From contig DASZQB010000120.1 of NCBI GenBank assembly GCA_035550135.1, forward strand, positions 8,785 to 72,784: a DNA stretch of 64,000 bases, written 5' to 3'. Of this stretch, positions 1 to 9,345 are shown piece after piece; positions within the stretch are counted from its first letter, which is position 1, and every line of letters starts with the position of its first letter. The notes beneath the pieces were generated by a model that was given only the letters and a program-made list of their open reading frames with translations, was not told the DNA's origin and made no database searches. The DNA comes from Verrucomicrobiales bacterium (GTDB lineage: Bacteria > Verrucomicrobiota > Verrucomicrobiia > Verrucomicrobiales > V1-33). The position numbers were made by a program, and so were the translations under genes.

Positions 1-135
1 CCCGCGCCGCATCGTGACAGAGCATGGTACCTTTTGACCGGCATGCAGGGGTCTTGTCCTCCGCCTGATGCCAAAGTGTGGGAGGAATGGATCAAGGGAC
101 AGACGCCGCAAACCGTGACGTGGTTTGTGCCGTGA
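1..135 (+). CDS. 3' end of a CDS running in from the left edge (hypothetical)
   Basis: Frame 1 is open from base 1 (PAPHRDRAWYLL...WEEWIKGQTPQTVTWFVP) to TGA at 133-135. Confidence 0.5.
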   Translation, partial: PAPHRDRAWYLLTGMQGSCPPPDAKVWEEWIKGQTPQTVTWFVP

Positions 136-256
136 GTGGAGGAGTTTGAGGGGCCGACCAGAAAACCGGGCTTCCCAATCTGTCCGTCAACCCGGACCTT
201 CATAGTGGGGCGGCTGACCGAAAATTGATATCGCAAGATTCCCGTTTCTCTTCAAA

Positions 257-643
257 TTGACGACTTTGCGACGCTCGATGACAGACGTGGAGATCAGAGA
301 CTTATTGAAACGCATTGCGGCTTTGGAGTCTGAATGTGCTGCGCTTCGAGCGGAAAACGAACGCCTGAAAAAGTTGGAGACCGGCGAACAGATGGAAGTC
401 CGACAGATGGAAGCCGCCACGGTGATCCCAACTGATGCTCCGGTTCACAACAGGTCGCCGGAAGAGCGCAAGATTATGCTCTTTCGTACGCTCTTTCGCG
501 GGCGCGAAGATGTCTATGCGGTGCGCTGGAACAACAAGTTTTTGGAAGATCAGTCTATTCTCCGGCAAGCATTGTCGATTGGTCGCGAAAAGCCATCAAT
601 GTGCTGGCATCCCTCCGGGATGCAGGAGATGTCCGCGGGCTAA
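257..643 (+). pseudogene. Truncated N-terminal fragment of a TOTE-type primase / DEAD-box helicase (type III Res-like) protein
   Basis: Coiled-coil start followed by VHNRSPEERKIMLFRTLFRGREDVYAVRW, typical of the N-terminus of these large proteins. Similarity stops at about 530 and the frame ends inside a palindromic element. Confidence 0.6.
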
Positions 644-708
644 CGAGGCGTCTGCGCTCCTTCGTCGCTGCGACGCCTCGCAAATGGCTGCGATCCCTGA
701 CGGGATCG
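607..708. repeat. Tripartite palindromic REP-like element
   Basis: Hairpins GCATCCC-TCC-GGGATGC (607-623), CGAGGCGTC...GACGCCTCG (644-680) and CGATCCC-TGAC-GGGATCG (691-708). Confidence 0.65.
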
Positions 709-785
709 GCGGAGGTCGCCTAACTAACTTTGGCCGATTTTCAACCACGGTCCTTTGTGGACGGTTCGAGAGAAATGCGGGTTAA

Positions 786-1184
786 CTATGGCCAAAGCCC
801 CGTGGCGAGCCAGGCTGCCCTAGCGGCCCGGCGGCGCGGGGAGTTCAACTGCAGGAAGGCTGCGGTGGCCCTTCCTGTAGAAGTCCGTCCGATGATCAGA
901 GTTCCTTTCAATTGAAAGTGATTTGCCCACTTTTCCTTCACGGGATGAAAGAGCGCCACTTTGTTGTTGGTCTCCGGGTCGAGCGCTGAAGTATGAGTTG
1001 ATTTTCGCAGATTACAGGCTGCGCAGGCCAGAGCGAGATTCGATGCGTCGCTTGATCCACCGGCGCTGCGCGGAATGCAGTGTTCGATGTGAAAAGTGTA
1101 AGCACAGATGGCAACGGGAGCCATGCAGTATTCACACCGGCCATTGGCGCGCGTTTCGATGAGTGCGCGCAATCCGCCACTCAT
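786..1184 (-). CDS. HNH endonuclease
   Basis: RANGRCEYC...FHIEHCIPRSAGGSSDASNLALACAACNLRK, plus the LFHP...W..HF tail typical of this small HNH family. Confidence 0.9.
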   Translation of the reverse strand: MSGGLRALIETRANGRCEYCMAPVAICAYTFHIEHCIPRSAGGSSDASNLALACAACNLRKSTHTSALDPETNNKVALFHPVKEKWANHFQLKGTLIIGRTSTGRATAAFLQLNSPRRRAARAAWLATGLWP

Positions 1185-1642
1185 GCGGGTTGCTTCCGGC
1201 GGGGTGTTTTGGGTTTCTGTCCGGCGCGGACATGGCGCGCCTGTCTGGCGAGGAGGCGGGCGTTTTCGAGGGAAAGGCGCTCCACTTTATCAACGAGGGT
1301 TTCCAGTTCACGGCGTTCGGAGGCGGAGAGCTTTCCCTCGGTGTTGCGGGTCATCAGGTCATCGAGGCGCTCCTGGGTCTTATTGTCAATCCGGGCGAGC
1401 TTTGGGGCGGGAGGGGCAAGGGAAATGAGATGCTGCAAATCAACGTTCAATTCTTCACACACGGCTCCCACGAGCGGCATGCTGAGTGTTTGGAGCGGTT
1501 CGTGGCTGGCCAATCGATAAACAGACTTTCGGTCGAAATGCCGTCCCTTCGCTTTGAGTCTTTTGTAAAGCTCCGCCACACTCATGCGCCGCTGGATTAA
1601 CAGCGAGGAGAGTGCCGACCATGCGGATTTCGTTCCGTTCAT
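1181..1642 (-). CDS. Xre/Cro-like HTH protein with C-terminal helical domain (putative antitoxin or regulator of the HNH gene)
   Basis: LSSLLIQRRMSVAELYKRL...KSVYRLAS...VCEELNVDLQHLI HTH pattern; C-terminal QERLDDLMTRNTEGKLSASERRELETL; 4-bp ATGA overlap with the HNH gene; start chosen at ATG 1642. Confidence 0.75.
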   Translation of the reverse strand: MNGTKSAWSALSSLLIQRRMSVAELYKRLKAKGRHFDRKSVYRLASHEPLQTLSMPLVGAVCEELNVDLQHLISLAPPAPKLARIDNKTQERLDDLMTRNTEGKLSASERRELETLVDKVERLSLENARLLARQARHVRAGQKPKTPRRKQPA

Positions 1643-1832
1643 ACGGGATATATGCCGCGTAAACGGGCGGGGAGCAACACCGGTTTTTTGGGCTGAGGAG
1701 GTATCGTGAAGCGGTGTGCCGATGTGTTGTGAAGCCGGCTTAAGGGAAGTGCGGTGGGGCGGTGCCTGGCACGCCACTCTCGCATTGGGTCTTCCGCTGC
1801 GCCGCGGCAATGGCGCGGCTTCCCGGGATTCT

Positions 1833-1916
1833 GTCGCCGCTGACGCGGCTGGTCTGCGTTTTTCCTAACACCGTGGGCTGAAGCCCGCGGCTATTATCCG
1901 TCGGCCGCTACGCGGC
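1833..1916. repeat. Tripartite palindromic REP-like element
   Basis: GCCGC-TGAC-GCGGC, CCGTGGGC-TGAA-GCCCGCGG and GCCGC-TAC-GCGGC hairpins. Confidence 0.65.
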
Positions 1917-2073
1917 GTCTTTGGTTGTCGATTTCGACCTCGTTTGAGCGGTGTGGGCGGTTCCGGCTTCGCCGGATTGGCATGTCCATCGGTGCTCATC
2001 GAGGCCCGGTGCCATCCGGGAAGTTCAGAAATTGAACAATGGACCGGAGAGGATTTTCAGATAACCATTTGTT

Positions 2074-4233
2074 GTGTCCACCGCGCTTTCTTTCCGTCTT
2101 CGTTTGGGATTTGGAATGCTTGTCTTGACCGCCTCGGCGTTTGCCGGCGGGTGGTTTGTGGCGCGGCAATCGCAGATGCAGGTGCCGGTTCCGGCTACTG
2201 CGGCGGTTGCCAGGACGCCGGCGGCTGCGGAGGTGACGGACGGAGCTGGAAAAGATTCGTTAGGGAAGCCGGGGGCTGCGGCTGTTGCGGTACCGGCGGC
2301 GCCTTCGGTATTGCCGGCGGCGGTGCTCGGTGCGCTGCCGAAGGACGGAGGGCTGAAGAATCAGGCGGCGATTTTGCAGTATGCGTCGTCGCTGGATCAG
2401 GCGGCAGCGAGGTCGCTGGTAATGTCGTTTGAGGGCAAAGGTTATCCTGGCGACAAAAAAACGGGACAGCTGTACGAAGCGGCATTCGCGCGATGGGCGG
2501 AGCTTGATCCGGAGGGGGTGATACGCGCGGCGCGAACGACGGGTGATATGCGCTTTCGCTGGAGTGCCACGGCTGCGGCGTTCGATGTTCTGAGCCGGCG
2601 GGACCCGGATCTGGCATGGAAGAGGGCAGGGGAGATGGGAGTGACTAAAGACGATGCGCAGCGGGCGGTGATCTATTCGCTTTCGTCGCATGATCCTGCC
2701 GCGGCGTTTGCGCTGGCGTCCAAAGTGGATTCTCCGCGGGGACAGTGGGCGCTTTCAAGCGTCATGCATGCGTGGGCGGAACGCGATCCTGCGGGAGCGG
2801 CGGCGGCGACGGCGCAATTGCCCATCGGTCAGATGCGCACGCGGGCATTGAATGGATTGATGGAGCGATGGGCGGTGAGTGACTATGGCGCGGCGTCTGC
2901 GTGGGCCTCTTCGCTGAAGTCTCCGCAGGAAAGAGCCTCGGCGATGTCTTCGGCGCTCGCTTCGCTGTCGCAGGTTGATCCGGAAAAGAGCCTGTCATTG
3001 ATCGATGCCACGGATCTGGGGAATGGACGCTATAATGTGATCAATAATGCCATCGGTGCGCTGGCGCTGAGGGATTTTGACAGCGCGATGGCGAGAGCGG
3101 CGACGTTTACAAACTTCAGCGACAAAACTTCGGCGTTTTCGGCACTGGCAGAATCGGCATCAGATGAGGACCGGACGAAACTGCTGAAACTTGCGGAGAC
3201 TCTGCCGGCGAATTTGGCGCGCAGTATTTATCAGGGGAATATCTGGGAGCGGATGTATTCCGATCCAAAGGGGCTGGCCGAGTTTGTAGAGAAGATCCCT
3301 CTGGTGTCCGTGCGGGAGGAGGCAATGAAGATGGCTGCGGGGAATCTTGGTTACTATCAACCGGAAGCGGCGGCCGAGCTTTTCGGAAAATTGCAAACGA
3401 CGTCGCAGACGGCTGACACTGCGGGCAGCATTGCCGGACGTCTCGCCCAAACGAATCCGGAAAAGGCTTTGGCGTGGGCGCAACAGTTAGGGACGGAGGC
3501 GTTGAGGAAGTCAGCGCTTTCCGCGGCGATCCAGGCGTGGGCGGCGACGGAGCCGGAAAAGGCGGGGCAGGAGATCGCGAAAATAGCGAGTGCCGACACG
3601 CGGGCAGAGGTCGCGCGTTCTGTGGCCGCGACGATGGCGGGACGCAGTCTTGCGGAGGCGGAGCGCTGGGTGGAGACGCTCACGGGAGCGGATCGTTCCG
3701 CGGCGCTGGGGAAGGTGGTGGAGCAGGCGGCGAGGCAGACACCTGAGCGTGTGGAGGCGCTTTATTCCAGTTTTGCTTCTGCGCTTTCTCCGGAGATGGC
3801 GGCGCGCTCGGAGAATCAGGCGGTGGCGCGCACGGTCGCCTCACAACTGGCGCAAACTGATGCGGCGCGCGCTTCCTCCTGGGCGCTCTCGCTGCCGGAG
3901 GGAGGGGCGAGAGACGAGGCGGTGTCAGGCGTGGTGACGGCGTGGGCGGGATACGATGCGCACGCGGCTTCCGAATGGCTGCACGAAGTGCCCGCCGGCA
4001 AGGGTCGCGATCTTGCGGCGGGAAATCTGGTGAACACGATCGCGCGCGATGATCCTGAAAGCGCGTGGGCGTGGGCCACGAGCATCGAGGACAGTGCGCG
4101 ACGCCGCGAAGCCGCTGCCACGGCGCTGGCCGGGTGGAAGGCTAACGGAAACCGCGAGGCGGCTCAGGCGGCGCTGGATGCCGGAGGATTCAGCGAAGAG
4201 GATTACCGGGAACTGGCGCGAAAGCTGGAATGA
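2074..4233 (+). CDS. Membrane-anchored alpha-solenoid (HEAT-like) repeat protein
   Basis: N-terminal hydrophobic anchor; many WAxxDPxxA / AxxWAxxLPxGxxRD repeats. Confidence 0.8.
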   Translation: MSTALSFRLRLGFGMLVLTASAFAGGWFVARQSQMQVPVPATAAVARTPAAAEVTDGAGKDSLGKPGAAAVAVPAAPSVLPAAVLGALPKDGGLKNQAAILQYASSLDQAAARSLVMSFEGKGYPGDKKTGQLYEAAFARWAELDPEGVIRAARTTGDMRFRWSATAAAFDVLSRRDPDLAWKRAGEMGVTKDDAQRAVIYSLSSHDPAAAFALASKVDSPRGQWALSSVMHAWAERDPAGAAAATAQLPIGQMRTRALNGLMERWAVSDYGAASAWASSLKSPQERASAMSSALASLSQVDPEKSLSLIDATDLGNGRYNVINNAIGALALRDFDSAMARAATFTNFSDKTSAFSALAESASDEDRTKLLKLAETLPANLARSIYQGNIWERMYSDPKGLAEFVEKIPLVSVREEAMKMAAGNLGYYQPEAAAELFGKLQTTSQTADTAGSIAGRLAQTNPEKALAWAQQLGTEALRKSALSAAIQAWAATEPEKAGQEIAKIASADTRAEVARSVAATMAGRSLAEAERWVETLTGADRSAALGKVVEQAARQTPERVEALYSSFASALSPEMAARSENQAVARTVASQLAQTDAARASSWALSLPEGGARDEAVSGVVTAWAGYDAHAASEWLHEVPAGKGRDLAAGNLVNTIARDDPESAWAWATSIEDSARRREAAATALAGWKANGNREAAQAALDAGGFSEEDYRELARKLE

Positions 4234-4352
4234 AGCGTGCCAATTTCGTGGAGTCGAAGTGAGTATGTCAGGGTGTTAGCACCTTCGCAGAGAGAAACGA
4301 TCATGGTTGCGACGATCCTGGCAGGCGGTCATAATCGAAGCGCTGGACAAAA

Positions 4353-4437
4353 GTAGAGCGACTCTGGCGCAGCCGAGTCGCTTTGCCCGCGTCGAAGAAA
4401 ACAAAAGCGAGTGGCCTGAAGGCACACATCGCTCTAC
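4353..4437. repeat. GTAG-type REP doublet, copy 1
   Basis: Starts GTAGAGCGA, ends TCGCTCTAC; internal AGTCGCTTT...AAAGCGAGTGGCCT; homologous to 52166-52249. Confidence 0.75.
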
Positions 4438-4663
4438 ATTCGCGCCATGAGCGTTCGAAGCCTTCCGCAGAATCCCACAAGCGCATCTCGCGTTGGCTCC
4501 AGCTTTGCTGCCTGAGCATCAAGAGGAAGTTCTCCACCGGAGCTTTGCAGAAATCCACCGGCGTGCCAGGACAGACTGTACGCGCACGCGGTTTGAATTG
4601 CCGAAGGGCTGCAAAATCCGGTGATTATTAATGAGTTAGCCCAACCCTTAGCTTATCCTGTCT

Positions 4664-5347
4664 ATGCGCTCACTACTCATTATTGCTCTTGCCACTGCCC
4701 TCATGCCCGCCGCCCGCGCGACGGTTTCCAGCGTTTCCATTTCCAACAATGGATTGGTTTCCGGACTCCGGCCCGGCTACACTTTTGTGGAGGCGCTGAA
4801 CTTCCAGGGTTCCACCCTAACGAGAAGCGGAATCACGTTCACCGGTGAAAATATGGTGGACGGCACCGGGGGTTCCGCGACGGCGTCCACGCTCGGCGGC
4901 GGGGCGCTCGCCACGGCCGACATCGGCTCCGGCATCGACGGCTTCTTTTATACCGAGGTGTGGAATCAGGGTGGAACGGGAATGCAAATCGTCATCGCGG
5001 GACTGGACCCGGCGAAGTCGTATTTCTTCGAAACCTATCACGGTGAGAACCGCGCGCTGCCCGGCACGTTCAGCGGAGACACATTTATCGATGCCAACGG
5101 CACGGTGAATGTGCCGGCCTATACGTTCGGGAACAACATTGCGAACGAGAATCCGCCGGCGGCGGCGGACCGGATCACCATTTCCGCGGAGATCACCGGC
5201 GTGAGCAGTTTCACCTATCGCATGCCTAACGGAGCGGGCCGCGGGGCGTCCATGAATGGATATCAATTGCAGGTGATCCCCGAGCCGGGCTCTGCCCTGT
5301 TGCTGGGTCTCGCCGCCACGATAGCTGTCAGCCGCAGGAGGAAATAA
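4664..5347 (+). CDS. PEP-CTERM sorting domain protein
   Basis: Signal peptide; C-terminal IPEPGSALLLGLAATIAVSRRRK. Confidence 0.9.
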   Translation: MRSLLIIALATALMPAARATVSSVSISNNGLVSGLRPGYTFVEALNFQGSTLTRSGITFTGENMVDGTGGSATASTLGGGALATADIGSGIDGFFYTEVWNQGGTGMQIVIAGLDPAKSYFFETYHGENRALPGTFSGDTFIDANGTVNVPAYTFGNNIANENPPAAADRITISAEITGVSSFTYRMPNGAGRGASMNGYQLQVIPEPGSALLLGLAATIAVSRRRK

Positions 5348-5351
5348 TTAT

Positions 5352-8300
5352 ATGAAGCGAACATCCCTGCGGACGGCAGCGCTGCTAACGGCGCTGTCCG
5401 GATTCATCGTGCCCATGACGCGAGCGTCGATTTCCGGCGTTCAGGTTTTGGTGGGCGGGCGCACAAATCTCAGCGGTGAAGGCACGCTGGTGGAGGCGAT
5501 CAATCTCGGCACGACGGCTTCGCCGGCAGTGCAGGGCGTGGGCACTTTCGTTGGCGACCCCGGCACGGACGGCGCGGCGGGCGCGGCCACGCTGGCGACA
5601 CTCAACGGCGGCGTATTGGCGACGGCGGACATCGGAAGCGCGATCGACAACCTGTTCTTCACCGAGACGTGGAACAGCGGCGGCACGGGCATGAAGATGA
5701 CTTACACACTGCCGGACGCGGGCGAGTTTCTCGTGGAAATTTTGCACGGAGAGCCGCGCTCATGCTGCACGGGACGCTTCAATGCGGTGACGTTTTCTGA
5801 TGCGAACGGGACCGTGAGCGTGCCGGAGTTTGTGATAGGAAACGGTGTCGCCAACCAAAACCCGCCGCCGGATGCAGACTGGGCGATCATCCGCGCGCGG
5901 GTGCAGGGCGTGACGCAGTTCACCTACACGATGCCTAACGGAATCGGGCGCGGATCGTCCATCGTGGGGTTCCAGATTCGCCGGACCCAGTTCATTCCGA
6001 CGGATACGGAGCCGTTCATTGCGGAGATTTCCGCCGCGGGAAATACGACTTACAAGGACGAGAATGGCGACACGCCCGACTGGATTGAGATTTACAATCC
6101 GACGAACGCGTCTGTGGACCTGACAGGCTGGCACCTCACCAACCTTGAGGCCCAGCCCAGCCGGTGGACGTTTCCTGATATAGCGGTGGCCCGCGGCGCG
6201 AGGCTGGTGGTATTTGCCTCGGCAAAAGACCGCAGAGTGCCCGGAAGCCGGCTGCATACGGATTTCAAGCTGCCGGCATCGGGAGGATACCTTGCCCTGA
6301 CAAAACCGGACGGCACCGTGGTGCATGCGTTTTCGCCGTATCCGGCGCAAACGGATGGGTTCGGTTATGGAGTGAACGGGCTTTCCCGCGCGGGCGCGTC
6401 GAATTTCTTCTATCCGGCCACGCCCGGCGGCGCGAACGGCATCGGTGTGACCGCGGCGCTGATCGCGCCGGTGTTTTCCGTGAAGAAGGCGGTCTTCACG
6501 GCGACGCAAACGGTATCGCTTTCCTCGACGTTTCCGGAGGGGCAGATCCGTTATACCACGGATGGCACCATTCCCGTTGCGGCTTCCACTCTTTACAGTA
6601 CGCCGCTCGTCTTTTCCACGACGACGAGACTGCGCGCACGGGTCTTCGATCCGGTGACAGGCGGCGGAGGCGAAGTGGATACGGGCTTTTACACCAGGCT
6701 GGAGACCACTTCGAATCTGAATGGAGTGGCGGCCCCTGCGGCGTTCAATTCAAATCTGCCCGTGCTGATCCTGGAGAATTTTGCGGGTGGTGGAGTGCCC
6801 GGGACGAGCCAGCCGCTGCAGTTTATGCAACTGGCCGTCTTCGAGCCGGACGCGGTGACGGGACGCACCACTCTGAACCGCACGCCTGACAAGTCCGTGC
6901 GCGCGGGACTGCGCGTGCGCGGGCAGTCGAGTTCCGGATTTCCCAAGCGGCAGTATAAACTGGAGACCTGGAATGAATCGAATGGCGACAATGATGAGTC
7001 GCTTCTGGGGCTGCCGGCGGATTCAGACTGGGTGTTGAGCGCGCCGTATTCTGACGAGTCGCTGCTGCGGAATCCGCTCATTTTTGGTATGGGGAAGGAC
7101 TTCGGTTTGCCGGCGCCGGGCACGCGTTATTGCGAACTGTTTTTGAATACGGACGGCGGCGGCATCACCAGTGCCGACTATGCGGGGGTTTATATCCTAA
7201 CGGAGTCTCTGAAGATTGGAAAAAACCGGCTGGACCTCGCAAACGTGAGTGATTTCTCTGACAACGACGGCGGGTATTTGATCAGGCATGAAGCGAGTGT
7301 CGCTAACGAAACCAGGCTGAGCGGCTGGACCTACGGGGAAATCCATGATCCGCTCACCACGCCGGCCCAGACCACGTTTATCAGCAACTGGGTGAATGGG
7401 CTCAACACGGCGGTGCGGTCACCGTCCTTTGCCGATCCGGTGACGGGATACCGGGCCTGGGCGGATGCGGGATCATTTGCGCGGATGGGGGTGCTCACGG
7501 AATTTGTCAGGGCGCAGGATGGTTATGTGCGCAGCGCGTATTATTATAAGGATCGCGGGCAAAAGCTGAAGGCGGGACCGCTGTGGGATTACGACCTGAG
7601 TTTTGGCGTTTCGTGCTGTTTCAACTCGCACCGGACGGATGTTGATCCAGCTACCGGTTCCGGCTGGCAGTTCAATTATGGATACAATCGGGGGGCACGC
7701 GAAAACGGGCTTTCCGACGGCGCGCACACAACGGCAATGGCGCGTCTGGACTGGATGCGGCTGATGATGCAGGACGCGGATTACAAACAACTCTTCATCG
7801 ACACCTGGCAAACGCTGCGGCACGGCGCGCTGAGCACTGCGGGCTTTGCGGCGCGTGTGGACGCGCTGGCGGCGCAGGTGAGCGACAACGGCGCGGCGGA
7901 TTCACCGCAGAAGCGCAATTTCATCAAGTGGGGCACGCTGGGCAGCGCCACCACGGGCTTCCAGGCGTTCCTTCCTGCGAACCTAACGAATGCTTCCGAA
8001 ACGTGGGCGGCGCACGTGCAATATGTGAAGACCTGGGCGGCGGCGCGCTCCACGTGGATGGACAGCCAGTTCGTGCCGGTGCCCGTGGCTGGAGTAATCG
8101 CAGGAGCGGTGTCCGCCGGGACGGTGGTGTCCATGACCTCCGCGCATACTGTTTACGCCACGCTGAACGGCACCGATCCGCGCCAGGCGGGAGGCGCTCC
8201 GAATGCCGCCGCAACGGTGCTTCCACCGGGCAATCCCGCGCCTTCCCTAACGATCAACGCGACGAGCCATGTCATCGCCAGAGCGCGCAACACGACGACG

Positions 8301-9293
8301 GGGGAATGGAGTGGTCCTTTGGACTTGTGGTACATCGTCGGCACGGTGGCGAGTCCCGCGTCACTGATGGTCAGCGAGCTGCACTATCATCCGGCGGACC
8401 CCACTGCGGCTGAGCAGTTGCCTGACAACTCGCTCAATGACGACGACTTCGAATTCATCGAGTTGAAGAACATTGGCGCGCAGACGCTCGACCTGTCAGG
8501 CGCGGCGTTCGTGGATGGAATTGAATACACCTTTCCCTCCGGCAGCACCATTGCGCCGGGAGCGGCGCTGGTGCTGGTTTCGAATGCTGCGGCATTTGCG
8601 CGGCGTTACGGAGCAGGAGTTGCGGTGTTCGGGGAATACGCGGGACAGTTCGACAACACCGGTGAGCACGTGGAACTTCGTTATCCGTTCGGCGCGACGG
8701 TGTTTGAGTTCACTTACCGCGACGACTGGCACACGCCCACCGACGGCGCGGGCTATTCGCTGGTGGCGCTCGATCAAACGGCCGCGGCGGACGGGAAGGA
8801 TGCAGGCGATTGGGCGATTAGTGCGGAGATGGGAGGTTCGCCAGGCGGCAGTGCGAACGGCTATTCGCTAACGTTTGACAGTTGGCGTCATCACCGGTTT
8901 ACCGCTGCTGAACTGCCGCTCCCGGGCATCTCCGGTGCGATGGACGATCCGGACATGGATGGCGTCGTAAATCTGCTGGAGTACGCGCTGGGCACCGATC
9001 CGCGCGCGCGCACGGCGGAGGGCGAACTGCCAAAGGCCGGCAGCCTAACAATCGGTGCGGATGTCTTTGCAACGCTGACCTTCAGCCGTCCGCTGCGGGT
9101 GCTGGATGCTGTCTATACACCGGAGTTTTCCTACGCCCTAACCGGATGGAGCGCTGACATCGTCGCCGCCGGCCCGGCGGTTCCGTCGGCAAATGGAACC
9201 GAGACGGTCACTTTCCGGAGCACGGTGCCGGTGCCGCAGGGAGGCCGCGCGTTTTCGAGACTGACGGTCGGATTGCCGCCGGCTTCGCCTTAA
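5352..9293 (+). CDS. Secreted CotH kinase family protein with lamin-tail (LTD) and chitobiase/Fn3-associated domains
   Basis: LTD (PDWIEIYNPTNASVDLTGWHLT), IRYTTDGTIP, CotH motifs (RVRGQSSSGFPKRQYKLE, GPLWDYDLSFG), second LTD (SELHYHP...EFIELKN), C-terminal DPDMDGVVNLLEYALGTDP. Confidence 0.9.
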   Translation: MKRTSLRTAALLTALSGFIVPMTRASISGVQVLVGGRTNLSGEGTLVEAINLGTTASPAVQGVGTFVGDPGTDGAAGAATLATLNGGVLATADIGSAIDNLFFTETWNSGGTGMKMTYTLPDAGEFLVEILHGEPRSCCTGRFNAVTFSDANGTVSVPEFVIGNGVANQNPPPDADWAIIRARVQGVTQFTYTMPNGIGRGSSIVGFQIRRTQFIPTDTEPFIAEISAAGNTTYKDENGDTPDWIEIYNPTNASVDLTGWHLTNLEAQPSRWTFPDIAVARGARLVVFASAKDRRVPGSRLHTDFKLPASGGYLALTKPDGTVVHAFSPYPAQTDGFGYGVNGLSRAGASNFFYPATPGGANGIGVTAALIAPVFSVKKAVFTATQTVSLSSTFPEGQIRYTTDGTIPVAASTLYSTPLVFSTTTRLRARVFDPVTGGGGEVDTGFYTRLETTSNLNGVAAPAAFNSNLPVLILENFAGGGVPGTSQPLQFMQLAVFEPDAVTGRTTLNRTPDKSVRAGLRVRGQSSSGFPKRQYKLETWNESNGDNDESLLGLPADSDWVLSAPYSDESLLRNPLIFGMGKDFGLPAPGTRYCELFLNTDGGGITSADYAGVYILTESLKIGKNRLDLANVSDFSDNDGGYLIRHEASVANETRLSGWTYGEIHDPLTTPAQTTFISNWVNGLNTAVRSPSFADPVTGYRAWADAGSFARMGVLTEFVRAQDGYVRSAYYYKDRGQKLKAGPLWDYDLSFGVSCCFNSHRTDVDPATGSGWQFNYGYNRGARENGLSDGAHTTAMARLDWMRLMMQDADYKQLFIDTWQTLRHGALSTAGFAARVDALAAQVSDNGAADSPQKRNFIKWGTLGSATTGFQAFLPANLTNASETWAAHVQYVKTWAAARSTWMDSQFVPVPVAGVIAGAVSAGTVVSMTSAHTVYATLNGTDPRQAGGAPNAAATVLPPGNPAPSLTINATSHVIARARNTTTGEWSGPLDLWYIVGTVASPASLMVSELHYHPADPTAAEQLPDNSLNDDDFEFIELKNIGAQTLDLSGAAFVDGIEYTFPSGSTIAPGAALVLVSNAAAFARRYGAGVAVFGEYAGQFDNTGEHVELRYPFGATVFEFTYRDDWHTPTDGAGYSLVALDQTAAADGKDAGDWAISAEMGGSPGGSANGYSLTFDSWRHHRFTAAELPLPGISGAMDDPDMDGVVNLLEYALGTDPRARTAEGELPKAGSLTIGADVFATLTFSRPLRVLDAVYTPEFSYALTGWSADIVAAGPAVPSANGTETVTFRSTVPVPQGGRAFSRLTVGLPPASP

Positions 9294-9345
9294 ATGATTG
9301 CGGGCGCGAAATCCCGTGCGTGTGTGGAGCGTTTCTTCGCTGCGT

